Below are positions 24,166 through 37,436 of a DNA stretch of 60,000 nucleotides, piece by piece (within the stretch, counting starts at the first letter, position 1; each line of letters opens with the position of its first letter). The stretch is from assembly GCF_964204645.1 (NCBI RefSeq), contig NW_027437477.1, positions 1 through 60,000 of the forward strand. The letters are read 5' to 3'. The position numbers were made by a program, and so were the translations under genes. Under the pieces are notes generated by a model, which was given only the letters and a program-made list of their open reading frames with translations, made no database searches and was not told where the DNA came from. The DNA comes from Tubulanus polymorphus (lineage: Eukaryota > Animalia > Nemertea).

Positions 24166-24739
24166 TACACATGTATCACATGCATCTAGGTGGTAACATT
24201 TCATCCTGCGCACGCTGCATCGGTTTCTGCGCACCTTCGAAAAATGTTCTGTCCATAAAAAATTCAGCTCATTTTGTATTCGATGAATTAGTCTGTTGAG
24301 AGTTGTTTTTTAGTGACGCGGCTTGCGTTCACCGTGATGCGCTGCGGTACGATGCGGTGCGGTACGGTGCGGTGCGGTACGGTGCGATGCGGTACGGTGC
24401 GATGCGGTACGGTACGGTGCGATGCGGTGCGGTGCGGTGCGGTGCGGTGCGGATACGGACCTCTTACCGTGCAGTCGATCGCAACTCTGAAAATAATCTG
24501 GAAACGTTTAGCGAAATGTCACGCAAGAGAGCGTTGGTAAGTTGGTTCACCGTCTTCTATGCCAAAAAGTCAGGATTTATCCAGCATCACAAGTGGAGCA
24601 ACGCTGTAAATTAACAGCACAGGACCATCAGACCATAAGAGGTGTCTTGATGATAGGGATCTGACAGCTAATACAGTGATTAAAATATTTTCAAATCAAC
24701 TTGTATGTGGACTGTAGTGGAACAGAAATGTGTTACTCC

Positions 24740-25470
24740 GCTGGCTTTAAAAACAAAAATTACAGTTAAGTACAATAGAACGGAATCTTTAGAGTATCAA
24801 GTTGGTAAGATACCGACTTTCAAACCTTTCAAAGCAATTTTTGAACGATCCAGTGTGCGTAAAAAAATAGAACACCGACAGGTACTTGAAATTATCAACC
24901 ATTTCTAAATTGTGGGTATGAATGTTAAATTCTGGTAGGAGAATCTTTGTCTGTTTCAGAGATAATCACCTTGGTTGTGTCACTGTTATTTGAAAGTTTC
25001 CATTATTGGCAATATACATAGTCTGCATGAGGCTATCTATTAGCTTTTGAGGTCCCTCAGGCGAATCACTTAATAAAACAGTGTCGTCTGCATTGAAAGA
25101 TTGAACCAAGGCTTTCAGGTCATTTTAAAAAATGATATAGGGACAGAATTTCGCCTTGTCTTACTCCCCAAAAGCTTAAAAATGTGACATCTTGATTCGA
25201 TACCTTACATGTTATGTATTACATTAAGGACGGGGCTTTGTCGGTAGCGCCATTGTTAATTAGTTTGTACCACAAAGCTTTTCTCCAGATCGTGTCAAAA
25301 GCTTTTTAAAATCAAAATAAAATACGGCTTTCAATTATGGGAAGGTGTCTACTAGAGCCTAACGAGTAAATCAATAACGAATTATGTTATGGTTCTTCCT
25401 AAAACCAGCCTGGTTCTGAAGCAAAAAATTGTTATTTTCTAAGTACTCAGTCGATGGACATACTTAAAGC
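24740..25470 (-). pseudogene. Decayed non-LTR retrotransposon reverse transcriptase fragment
   Basis: Minus-strand motifs occur in RT order: QNQAGFRKNH, DFKKAFDTI-like (frameshifted), WRKALWYKL, GVRQGEILS, NADDTVLL (YADD), W-KLS, VDNFKYL; stops and frameshifts are present. Confidence 0.75.
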
Positions 25471-26721
25471 CTCCAGCATAAATGAGAGGTGTAGAGGTGT
25501 TCCTCTAGGGCGTAAATGTCGTGGTGGTGACTGGCTTTAACCTTAGCAATTGTAAATCGTCAGTCCGTCAGGAATTGATCACATATGGGATATGATAGCT
25601 GAATATGACGTTTTTCAACTAAGTAAAATGATGATTTTTGGTTTACCTATACCGGATGTTGGTTGGCAGCCTGCCAAGGTGTATATTATATCACGCGACA
25701 AAATCTAGTGGTAATACCTACTGGATACTACCTACTGTTCTTCCTAAATCGTGAAGCAAGTAAAACTGATGCGGATTACGTGAACGATTTGCGTCGGTCG
25801 CGCGATCGTATCCAATGTTCGTAAAAACTACAATGGTTTAGGTTAATCACACGAATATGGCGACGTCGTTGAAAGAAAGATTGCATTTTCATCGACTACC
25901 AGGTACCGCCATCTTGGAAATCAAATCACCAAATCGGTAGCGGGCGCAAAAATCGATCGAAAAAAATCGTGTTCGTAAAAACGCTGTTCGTTAAATAAAC
26001 CGGAAACGTATCATATCAGAATTTAAAACTGTGATTCCCCGTGAGATGCGAGATGAAAATCTGCTCTAAACTTTTTCTATAAGGGGGCAGGGGGGCTAGG
26101 ATCAAGGGGATCAATAAATTGGGCGTTTTTCATCGTGTACTTTCTGAAGGCAGAATATTCTTTTAACTATTCTTCGTTAATAAAAGAAAGAACAAAACGA
26201 AGGCGAATACAGACACGAGATAACCCTAGCCAAGCGCCCAAGGGGCATTGTATGCACGTTAGAATATAGATTTGGGAGAACTATAAGTATAGGGCCAACA
26301 AACTGTGATCAATTGTTCACAACGTATTACCACGAAGCGAAAACTGAAAATTTTGTCGGTTTTGCTGGTTACCAGGTTGGGCTCAAATTGATACACATGA
26401 TACAAATTGCGTTTGTGCGATGGCCACCAATGTTTTATATTGAATTTGATTTAAACAAATACAAGTTTAGATAATTTCATATAATTTCTTGCTGGTCGAT
26501 GAATCGTGCTGGAGAAAATCACATTCACACATGAATCTTCCACTAATTCGAGAAATAATATCTCTTCTGGAGCAGTGAATGCGGACTACTCGACTCGTCT
26601 GCCATCTAGCGGATAAACTCGGTTAAACTGTGACGATGCCAGTGAGAATATAACGATAAACAAATGAATAATCATTCGATCGACTTTTTATTCGTCATCA
26701 ACAGAAATTTCCATGCTTCAT

Positions 26722-28190
26722 TTATCTGATATAAATCGTAAATGTGTCGGCGAGAGGCATTTGAATAGCCCCTGAAAATGAAGATATGTTTATAGAATTA
26801 ATTTATAATATGATTACAATATGTATGGCTTTGTTTCAGAAAGTCAACCGTGTATTTTACTTACTGACGAGGGAAGCGCTGCCTGTCGGATTGTAGTAAA
26901 AATGAGGATAAACATTAGGTGTGTGATCGTAATCGCACGGGTGTTTGCTTAAGGGACCAGAATCTACCACCAGCATCCAGAACCTGTCATTTGGACATCC
27001 GCCGTAATTTTTAGCTGCGAAGAATCTTCTAAGGATACTTCCGCTGTAAATATAGATTACACGAGTAAGTCACTCAGCGAGTTTAGCTAGCTAGTACCCA
27101 CCAGTCTACAATAGTCCCATTACTCTCCGTTGCTCCTGCTAGTCGCTGCTAGTTCCCGCTTGTCTCGCATGTCCCTCATTTCGTTAATTGACGATTTGAT
27201 TGTGTTAGATATGGGATTTCTAAACTAGTAATTGTCTCATTGACAATAGCAAATCACAATAATCTAATCAAGAACTGATCCTGAACTGATTTTAATCCCA
27301 GTTCGGGTCATTGGTCTCGTCAATCCAGGGTTTATGGGTTCAAACCCTGGTGGCGACAGAGTTTCTTGGTCGAAGGTTCTTCTCTGGTCTCTCCCCCATT
27401 GGGCAAAAGAAGCATCGAACCCGCTTATAATGACCTGCGTGGCGCTCAGTGGGTTGAGGATATTAAAAACAAATTTGAAAAAAAAATTAGGTAATGGTTA
27501 TCTATCGGTTTGGGATTATGAGTAGTTGTTTCACTTACTGTCCTTTTAAAGAAAATTGTGGATGAAGCGCTGAAGAAGTAGAAGTGAGAGAAGTCCAGGA
27601 ACTGCTCGTGACCTTGGTGACGTCAAACCAGTTCATTTTATCTTTCCCTGCGGCGTTAAACACGATGAACGCAACTTCTGTACAATTCGTATAATAAGCT
27701 ACTTTCACCTAAAACGACATTTCAATGAAAAAAAAAAACCACACGATTCATTTCAATTTCACAGGGCAAAAAACATACAATTTCAAAATGAACAATTGAT
27801 TTTTTTCTATCAATTTTTGGATTGTTATGAGTTGTTCCTCACCTCTTTCACGTTTGCCCAAGCGTCGACTTTATCACTCTTCCACGTGCAGTTCAAACAT
27901 GGCAGTTGTTGCCTCCAGGAGCATGCGCACGACGTGTCCTCGCACGGAGGGTTACTCGGTGGGTTTACCCATTTATCATAGACAACATCCCCAGTTCCTT
28001 GATCGGCTAGAAATACCAACTCCCAGCCTGAAATCAACGTAAATAATGCATGTTATTAGTTCAATGAACATAATCTATGTTTGAAAACTGTATGATAATA
28101 ATGTAATGTACTACCTCCGGCTCCTGCTGCGGCCTTACAGAGCTGCAGGGTTACAAATAGCACAGTCACCAAACTAAACATCAACTTCAT
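26722..28190 (-). CDS. Small secreted protein, paralog B; exons 28190-28115, 28027-27843, 27708-27539, 27043-26865, 26771-26722
   Basis: Same exon structure as paralog A; exon 4 GSILRRFFAAKNYGGCPNDRFWMLVVDSGPLSKHPCDYDHTPNVYPHFYYNPTG; ends ADTFTIYIR*. Confidence 0.85.
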
Positions 28191-28849
28191 TATAACAGCA
28201 CAGCTTCAAACCTGAATAATGCAAGAAACAACTAACAGGGTAACTATACAACTTACAGACTAACTATACAGCTAACAGGCTAACTATACAACTAACAGGC
28301 TTACTATACAGCTAACAGGGTAAAAATACAGCTAACAGGCTAACTATACAACTTACAGGCTAACTATACAACTAACAGGGTAACTATACAGCTAACAGGC
28401 TAACTATACAACTAACAGGGTAACTATACAGCTAACTTGCTAACTATACAACTAACAGGGTAACTATACAGCTAACTTGCTAACTATACAACTAACAGGC
28501 TGCGCTAACTATACAACTATGAGGCTTACAACAGATTAACAGATTTGATATGAACCTACCTTACAGAATAACAAACAGGGTTGGTTGCTCTGAACTCTAT
28601 TTCTAACTGGATCGAATGGCTACAGTTTATCTGAACGCATAATGATGTATTTATATCTTCTATCAACTCTCATCTCAATATCGATTCAACACAATATCGA
28701 TATGATAGGAGAGATCTTGTTGACAAGTTGTTGATGTCGATGAAACATCTGCTGATTGTGATCGCAAGTATCCTTCTTACTAACTATTGTTATATCTATA
28801 TTTTGTAGTAAAATATTAAGCGTTATTCCAAAGATTGATTGGTATTGGT

Positions 28850-30596
28850 CAGAATCGGTCAGTTACAATAAGAACGGGTCAGTTACAGTAAGAATGGGTC
28901 AGTTACAGTAAGAATGGGTCAGTTACATTAAGAATGGGTCAGTTACAGTAAGAATGGGTCAGTTACATTAAGAACGGGCCAGTTACAGTAGGAACGGATC
29001 AGTTTCAGTAGGAATGGGTCAGTTACAGTAGGCACGGGTCAGTTACAATAAGAATGGGTCAGTTACAGTAGAAACGGGTCAGTTACAGTAAGAACGGGTC
29101 AGTTACAGTAAGAACGGGTCAGTTACAGTAAGAATGGGCCAGTTTCAGTAGGAATGGGCCAGTTACAGTAGGAACGGGTCAGTTACAGTAAGAATGGGTC
29201 AGTTACAGTAAGAATGGGTCAGTTATAGTAAGAATGGGTCAGTTACAGTAAGAATGGGTCAGTTATAGTAAGAACGGACCAGTAACAGTAAGAACGGGTC
29301 AGTTACAGTAGGAATGGGCCAGTTACAGTAAGAATGGGTCAGTTACAGTAAGAATTGGTCAGTTATAGTAAGAACGGGCCAGTTACAGTAGGAATGGGCC
29401 AGTTACAGTAAGAATGGGCCAGTTTCAGTAGGAATGGGCCAGTTACAGTAAGAACGGGTCAGTTACAGTAGGAACGGGTCAGTTACAGTAAGAATGGGTC
29501 AGTTACAGTAAGAATGGGTCAGTTATAGTAAGAATGGGTCAGTTACAGTAAGAATGGGTCAGTTATAGTAAGAACGGACCAGTAACAGTAAGAACGGGTC
29601 AGTTACAGTAGGAATGGGCCACTTACAGTAAGAACGGGTCAGTTACAGTAGGAACGGGTCAGTTACAGTAAGAATGGGTCAGTTACAGTAAGAATGGGTC
29701 AGTTATAGTAAGAATGGGTCAGTTACAGTAAGAATGGGTCAGTTATAGTAAGAACGGACCAGTAACAGTAAGAACGGGTCAGTTACAGTAGGAATGGGCC
29801 AGTTACAGTAAGAATGGGTCAGTTACAGTAAGAATTGGTCAGTTATAGTAAGAACGGGCCAGTTACAGTAGGAATGGGCCAGTTACAGTAAGAATGGGCC
29901 AGTTTCAGTAGGAATGGGCCAGTTACAGTAAGAACGGGTCAGTTACAGTAGGAACGGGTCAGTTACAGTAAGAATGGGTCAGTTACAGTAAGAATGGGTC
30001 AGTTATAGTAAGAATGGGTCAGTTACAGTAAGAATGGGTCAGTTATAGTAAGAACGGACCAGTAACAGTAAGAACGGGTCAGTTACAGTAGGAATGGGCC
30101 AGTTACAGTAAGAATGGGTCAGTTACAGTAAGAATGGGTCAGTTATAGTAAGAACGGGCCAGTTACAGTAGGAATGGGCCAGTTACAGTAGGAACGGGTC
30201 AGTTACAGTAGGAACGGGTCATTTACAGTAGGAATGGGCCACTTACAGTAAGAACGGGTCAGTTACAGTAAGAACGGACCAGTTACAGAAGGAATGGGCC
30301 AGTTACAGTAGGAATGGGCCAGTTACAGTAAGAATGGGCCACTTACGGTAATAACGGGTCAGTTACAGTAAGAACGGGTCAGTTACAGTAAGAATGGGCC
30401 AGTTACAGTAAGAATGGGCCACTTACAGTAAGAACGGGTCAGTTACATTAAGAACGGGTCAGTTACAGTAAGAAAGGGCCAGTTACAGTAAGAACGGGTC
30501 AGTTACAGTAAGAACGGGTCAGTTACATTAAGAACGGGTCAGTTTCAGTAAGAAAGGGCCAGTTACAGTAAGAACGGGCCAGTTACAGTAAGAATT
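28850..30596. repeat. 20-bp minisatellite (AGTTACAGTAAGAAYGGGYC), about 87 copies
   Basis: Direct reading. Confidence 0.98.
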
Positions 30597-31607
30597 CAGT
30601 GTACGGATGCTCGCCCTGGCTGCTTTGCGGCTATATTGGAATCATTTTCAGAAATCACTACATACAATTTACAGGTTACGGGCAAAACTACAAGTTACGA
30701 GTTACATGTTTGCGGATTACAAGCTACAGATACGATTTAACAAGATAAACGATTAATGAAACTACGTAGTTTCTACAGCACTCGGTCAAAAATATATGAA
30801 AATTAAACACAAACTGAAATATTTTGTAGCGACAGATGTGAACTCAGTCGATTGGTTGTCGACAGTTACACTCCGAACGCTTCACAAGTCTGACACACTC
30901 CGAGTCTGACGCACTCCAAACACTTCACAAGTTTTACACACTCCAAACGCTTCAGATATCTTATACACTTCAGAGGACTTCACAAATCACACTCTAAACG
31001 TTTTACAAGTCATATACACTCCAAACACAGCAGCAGTGCGAGCAATTCACAACAAGTGTCTTGAAGTCTTAATCATTACTGAATATCATTTGTATGTATC
31101 GCATTTGAATGTATCGCTTATACGTCGGGTCCATTTCACCCAATATCCCCCTTCGGCAGGGATTCGAACCTGATGGCATCGCTAGATTTGGTCACGGCAC
31201 GCGAAGCCCGCGAAACACGAGCAGAGAAAACAACCACTTCGACCCGCGTAACTAACAAAACTTACAAACTTTTAATATTCCAAAATATCCCGCCAACATA
31301 TTATGTCAAACTATTTATATTTACACATCATAAAATGTCGGATTGACCGCTCGTTGCTAGCACGCAGGTTTGCCGCATGAAAACAACCAACTTGCGGCAC
31401 CAATCAGATTGCCCGTTGTTTAACCATTGAGGCAATTAATTTCACAGATAAACTATAAATGACAAAACCCGGGCAAAATACAAGACGGATTTCTGATTGG
31501 CTAATAACGACATCATCTAAGCTGCGTTCTGGGGTTAGTGTTTGAGAGTTTTGTACCGTGGCTGAGGGCACTGCCAGGGATGATGCGTTTAACCCTGTTA
31601 GACCGGG

Positions 31608-31768
31608 AGCACACTGCATTAGTACCTGCGCACGCTGCAGTGATATCTGCGCACGCTGCAGTGGTACCTGCGCACGCTGCAGTGGTTTCTGAGCACGCTG
31701 TAGTGGTACCTGCGCACACTGCATTGGTACCTGAGCACGCTGCAGTGGTACCTGCGCACGCTGCAGTA
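31608..31768. repeat. 21-bp minisatellite (CTGCGCACGCTGCAGTGGTAC)
   Basis: Direct reading. Confidence 0.9.
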
Positions 31769-32618
31769 ACATTTCTGTTTACTACCTACGAATCATTTTC
31801 TGTCCATAGAAAATTCAGCTCATTTTGTATTCATTGAATTAGTCTGTTGAGAGGTGTGTTTAGTGACGCGGTCTGCGTTCACCGTGATGCGCTGCGGTGC
31901 GGTGCGGTGCGGTGCGGTGCGCTGCGGATAGTTACGGACCTCTTAACGTGCAGTCGATCGCAAAATAATTAATGGGGCGTGGAAACAAAACAGTTTTAGA
32001 ATCAGCTGAATTCAGGGTGAGTTTATAATTATCTAACCGCTCCGATCTATTTTCTGTTATTCGGTAAATTGGATTTTCTCTCAATCGTCTCGCATTTTAC
32101 TGTTAAATCGTATCGATTCAAATATTCGAAATGATTATTATATTTCTATGCACGTTACACATCCGGGTCCAGTTCCACAGTTCCGAGTTAAGATTTGACT
32201 CAGAGTTCACTCATTGAAATTGAACTAACTTTTCCATTTTTGCTGCAGAATTCGACTTCTATTGTTTTTGCGGTTTTTCAAGTAACTTTCGTCTGTAGTC
32301 TCCTTTCAACATTATAATCACTCAGTCCATTTATCTGAATCTTGAATAAATACTCTGTTAATTTTATTTTGTTTTGCCAGTTGCTAATAGTACCTAACCG
32401 AAACTTGCTCGAAATATATATCATTTAACTATAGAAAGTGTTATTTCTCTCGTTGGTCAAATCGATTGCGTGTTGTCGCTGTTTCACTGTGTGTTTGTTA
32501 TCGGTCGTCTGCTCAATCGTGTTGTCGTCGACCATTAGTCGTCATAGGAACGGAGCACGATAAAACCCAAGTAAAAGATCGAAACTCACATTAAATAAAA
32601 TAAGGCGTTTATATCTCC

Positions 32619-32634
32619 AGGGACAGGGACAGGA

Positions 32635-32687
<53 letters not shown>

Positions 32688-32714
32688 AACAGGGACAGGG
32701 ACAGGGACAGGGAT

Positions 32715-32756
<42 letters not shown>

Positions 32757-32781
32757 TGGGACTGGGACAGGGACCGGGACA
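32619..32781. repeat. (GGGACA)n hexamer repeat, G-quadruplex-prone
   Basis: Direct reading. Confidence 0.95.
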
Positions 32782-33196
32782 CGCACAGGGAGGTGTTTAT
32801 TGATTGTCGGTTACTATCTTGCTCGTCAGGGACAGGGACAGGGACAGGGACACGGACAGGGAGGTGTTTACTGATTGTCGGTTACTATCTTGCTCGTCAA
32901 TACGATGTTTTGTATCTGATATCGGGAACATGTCACCTGCCCAATCAAACCGCGCACATTTCCGTTAAAAGCAAACGAACTATCAATAATTCAGCTTTTT
33001 TCAGCGCTTTCCAATTAAAAAACTCAATATTTTGAGGTCGTTAATTGACTTTGGCAGTTTGACAATTGTTATATTTCATCGTTATTTTCGCCTTGATTGG
33101 CACCACAGCTAAACGAGCACAAACCAGTAATTCAATGTTATAAACTCAACACTGGTTATTTCTAATTCAGATTCTCTCAAAGCGTGCGCTGTGATA

Positions 33197-34614
33197 ATGC
33201 TGTTTTCCATGTTTACCGCGTCGATTTGTTTGGTTTGTGCCTTTCAAGTTATTTGTAAGTAACATTTAAACATATCGATCCTCGAGTTATCTGATATCAC
33301 TAGTATCCTTTCTCTCTCTCGCTCTTCCTGATGAGGTTTCTATGGAAAACCAGCTCGTATCTAAAACGTGGCCACGAGGAGTGTCAAAAACCAATCAATT
33401 TGAAAACTTGTGCTTGAACGGTTGAAACTGGCATTTCCCTATCACCATCTCTGTCAGCTCACCGATTTGGGTCCTGCTTCTTGTCGGATATATGTACTGT
33501 GTTATATGTTCATTTCCGCAGTCAAAAATATATTTCAGGCCCTCCCCAATTCGAGATTATAAAAGCTATTTAGTTTGTGAAAGGAACCTTTTACTAATTC
33601 GACGCCATGTTAACACGGCCAGACCCTCCCGATCTCTATAACTGACTCCCGTTATTCTCGTTAATAGAGCAGCATTTTTTATCGTTTTAGGTAATGCTAG
33701 TGATGTATTACATGTGGGTGACGACGGCTCTGCCAATATCGGTAATACAGGAAGTCGCGGCGGTAATATCATGTACAACGTCACCTTTCCGTCTGATGGT
33801 ACTGTCATCGGCTGGCAATTCTATATCACCCGTGTCGCCCCCTGTCGGACGTGGATTACAATATGGAGAAAATCTCGCACCGACGAACTCGAGGTCACGC
33901 TCGTCGCTAAAACCCGGTTACAATACACTACAACGGGGATGCAGACTCTGACATACAGCATCGATGATAGAATACGGGTATGTACACGACTGTGGTACAT
34001 CTCACCTAATAGACAATTCGCCTAATGCTCCGTTTGACCAGTTGTTGGTATTAGTTCATTTCTGTTATAATTACAGGTAAAAGCCGGGGATATTATAGGA
34101 ATCGTTCACATCGACCCCGATAGCGGAAATAGTGGTCATTGCATTTCAAACGAATACATTAAACCTTTCACCGAGTCTTGTAGTCACTATGTGTATAATC
34201 AGGGATTGAATATTGGTCCCGTGACAGTTGGTGCGACGGTGAAATTATCGGGGAAATTCATCTGCAGAATCTACTCTATTTCCGCTTTGTTTACACCGAA
34301 CGCGAACAGTGAGTTTAATTACAATTTCCAGGTAATATCACGCGGACGGATTTCAATAACAAGCAATTATCTAAACACAAATCATTTCAGCTCAAGCATT
34401 TACCGAATCGGGTCACGCGAAGGTCGCTCCGGATGACGTCATCGAATCGGCTGCCGGACACAGTTTGATCACGTGCGCCGCCTGGTGTCAGAGATCGACG
34501 CAATGCGTGTCATATCAATATTTCGATCTGCAGCGAATCTGCGAATTGGTCAAGAACACTTCACAAAAACTGAGAGAATCAGAAAGTTTTACGTATTACG
34601 TCGTCGGAACTTGA
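33197..34614 (+). CDS. Secreted protein with an uncharacterised beta-rich domain and a C-terminal PAN/apple domain; exons 33197-33254, 33691-33977, 34077-34308, 34391-34614
   Basis: Signal peptide MLFSMFTASICLVCAFQVIC; in-frame GT-AG joins; last exon SLITCAAWCQRSTQCVSYQY...ICEL has PAN cysteine spacing. Confidence 0.8.
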
Positions 34615-34683
34615 AAACTGTCACCCGTGAGATGTGAGATGATAATCTGCTCTGAAATTGTTTTTAATCCGAACCCGGATTAA

Positions 34684-35260
34684 CCCTTTCGCTACGTGTG
34701 ACGTTTTGGAAACGTCATATGAGTGACACTTGCTGTGCGTATGACGTTGTAGAAACGTCATGCACCTATTGATTTATAACTCGAACGCGTACACAGCAAA
34801 CAGTATGGAAACGCATGTAAGACAAGATAGTTAGCTTTCTAAACAACAGATGGCGAAAATGCGTCAGTAGTTGGTGCTGTCAGCCTGTTGAGCACATGGT
34901 AATTTGCGCGGGATTGAGATGGCTCCCCACTTACGTACCTCTACCAGCGGAAAAGGATATCCCATATCAATTGAATTTCTTTCATCCACACCGTAGCATC
35001 AATCACCAAAGACTGAGATAGGCACTTGGGTGAAAAACTGAAAAAAAAAAATTTTTAACCCATCCTGACCCCCCCCCCCAACACGCCCCCCCCCTACAGA
35101 AAAGGCTGTTGGTATGATTTTTTACTGATTTTCACTAAATAACATCATAATCTTCGATAAAAACGCGAAAAATCGGGGTTTAAAACAATTTGAAAAAAAT
35201 CGAATTTTTCGGAAAATACCTTACGTAGGGGGCGGTGCAAGCGTGTACGCAGCGAAAGGG
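34684..35260. mobile_element. Non-autonomous piggyBac-like element (577 bp)
   Basis: TTAA|CCCTTTCGCTACGT ... ACGCAGCGAAAGGG|TTAA: terminal inverted repeats beginning CCC, with a TTAA target duplication. Confidence 0.85.
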
Positions 35261-35779
35261 TTAAGCTAGGTGTTTTAATGATTTTCATACTTATAATTAC
35301 GTACAACGTTGTAAACATAAATTCTTTAGATATAATTTCATAAGCAGAAATCGGTACTACGTGAATACGAAGGACAATCCCGAAACCGAGGGACTTTACC
35401 TAATAGGGGTATAGATTGCCCTTTGAAAAAAAGGAACTAATGAACTTAATCATAATAAGATAATATGAAGATAATGATAATGCTAATAATAATAATATAT
35501 TTATATATGATAATTAATAGTAATAAGAATAATAATTACTATCATAACATAAATAATTGTGATGATAATGATAAGAATGATTAATAATAATCAAAATTAT
35601 GACTGCAGCAATATATCATCAATATAAATAGTTTAAAATTCGGAAACAAAAGTCAATAGTTATTAAACGAATAAATTTATAAATCATTGAACTAAGGATC
35701 CAATGCTTGGGGTTTAAAAAATGATCAATTTTATTAGTATAGGAACTTTGGCTTAAAAAGATACACGGAATATTCAAGT

Positions 35780-36400
35780 TGTTGCATTTGGGAGTTTTTG
35801 ACGATTCTTCCGTCCTCGTGACGTCAGAAATATTCTATTGTGGTAAGAATGTTTCGTCTGCCGGGAGAGCACAACTAAAATGGGCATTCGATTGTAGAAA
35901 ACCTAATCCAATAAACATCTTCCAATGATGTGAATTGATTTCGCAGCATTGCGAATAGGAAATAGCGTTCAAGGGAAATGGGTATATTTTGTCTTCAGCA
36001 TCACTTAGCCAAGTTTTTTTTTTGAATGGGTTCAAGGCATTGGTTTTGATAGAAAATGCTCCGATAACAGGCATGCAATGTATCAAATGGATAATGAGAG
36101 ATAGAAAATATAGCTGCAAAGCAGCGATAACGGTTTTTCGGCCTAGCATCAATATGCAAACGTCATTTTTACGGTTCCTTGTTCGCGATGCCGCGGAATC
36201 AAATTGTCAATTTACATCGATGTGGGAAGAAGATATTGAACAATTCTTTTTACACTACTTTACTGGAATTCTCTGTCGGCGTAAGATTTCTCTGCGGTGA
36301 CTGGAACGGAAGAATTGGCAAAAAGCGTCCAGATGCGAGAACTAAACCGATGGTGGATTATTCCTCTTCCAGAGAAACGATTGAAAAGTCTTTATTCTAG
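35780..36400. pseudogene. Possible decayed LINE apurinic-endonuclease fragments
   Basis: Plus-strand FLCGDWNGRIGK resembles GDFNARIG; minus-strand KTWL, SNAH and SRGRRI are weak EN-like motifs. Confidence 0.3.
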
Positions 36401-36588
36401 GTGCCCGAACTACCCGAGGGGTGATTATGGGTTGGGATTGAAAATATTATCCCCTGTTCCCATAAGGGTAACTTTGAAATTAGTTCAGAAACACCTGATT
36501 TACATAAAAGCAACAACGCGACGTTGCTGATTGGACGATATATTCTTTATTATTGTTTACATAATATATGCACAAGATGAAGTCGCGA

Positions 36589-37436
36589 TCAATCTCCGAA
36601 CAAGTGGTCGTCATCTTCATCGTCGTATATATTATTATCTATTTCTCCGCTCCAAACATTTATGAAGATAGCTATGAATGCTATGCAGGAAACGTAGATC
36701 AAAAGGCCGAAAATCAGACTTATTTTAATCCACTTAATTGCTTGTTTTGACTCTCGTATCGCCGTCTGGCGGTCACCGGCCGAAGCCGCCGCGGCCGAGT
36801 TCTGCGAGTGCATAAGCGCTCGGCGACCTGTCACGCGACAGCAGCAGAAATAAACGAAACTAGATAGCTGTATATAATCGGGAGGTGGTACCCGGAGAGG
36901 CATCGGCTGCGGCTGTTGGATGAATTCATTACCATTAGGCTGACTCGATTCAGGCGGTGGTACGTTCACGCCAGGCGTTTCAGTTCCCGGTGCGTTGTTA
37001 TACGGATAAGGCGGTTGAAACTGCCCAGCGTCTTTAGGTGGAAATGGATAGCAATATGGTGTAGATGTTGGATCGAAGTATCCGGACTGCGGGTAGGACA
37101 CGCCCGGCTGCTGTGGATATCCAGACGGATGATACTGGACCGTTCCTGGTGGCTGGAAACTGATCGGTGCCGTAGTTGGTGACGTACCTTAAAGCGAATC
37201 CATTTTGAAATGCTGATATATATGAATTGAAATGTTTCAAAGGTTTCTATTGTTAACCCTACTAATTAGGCACCTATATAAAGTCTTATTTAGGCTAACG
37301 AGTTTACGTTCTGAGTACATCAAGTCACTAGAGAGCGTTAGTTAGCCTACTCACCGATACTGCCCGGGAAGATGTCATTATATGCTGGCGGAGCTGTTTC
37401 CGGATATTCTGTAGAGCTCCCACCTACCTCAGGCAT
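36589..37436 (-). CDS. CD225/dispanin family (PRRT1/IFITM-like) proline-rich membrane protein; exons 37436-37355 and 37187-36589
   Basis: N-terminal PPAY motif and P/Q/Y-rich region, then PPPDYIQLSSFVYFCCC..G..AL..S.......GD...A...S..A..W and a TM helix. Confidence 0.85.

Larger units (their letters stand above)
20437..24482. repeat. Segmental duplication, copy 1 (copy 2 at ~26562-31962)
   Basis: Collinear shared 3' UTR, five coding exons, intron satellites and upstream sequence through the (GGTGC)n block. Confidence 0.9.

Noticed and set aside
33327-33380. CTGATGAG hammerhead-like box
   Set aside because: No GAAA directly after a stem II and no stem I pairing.
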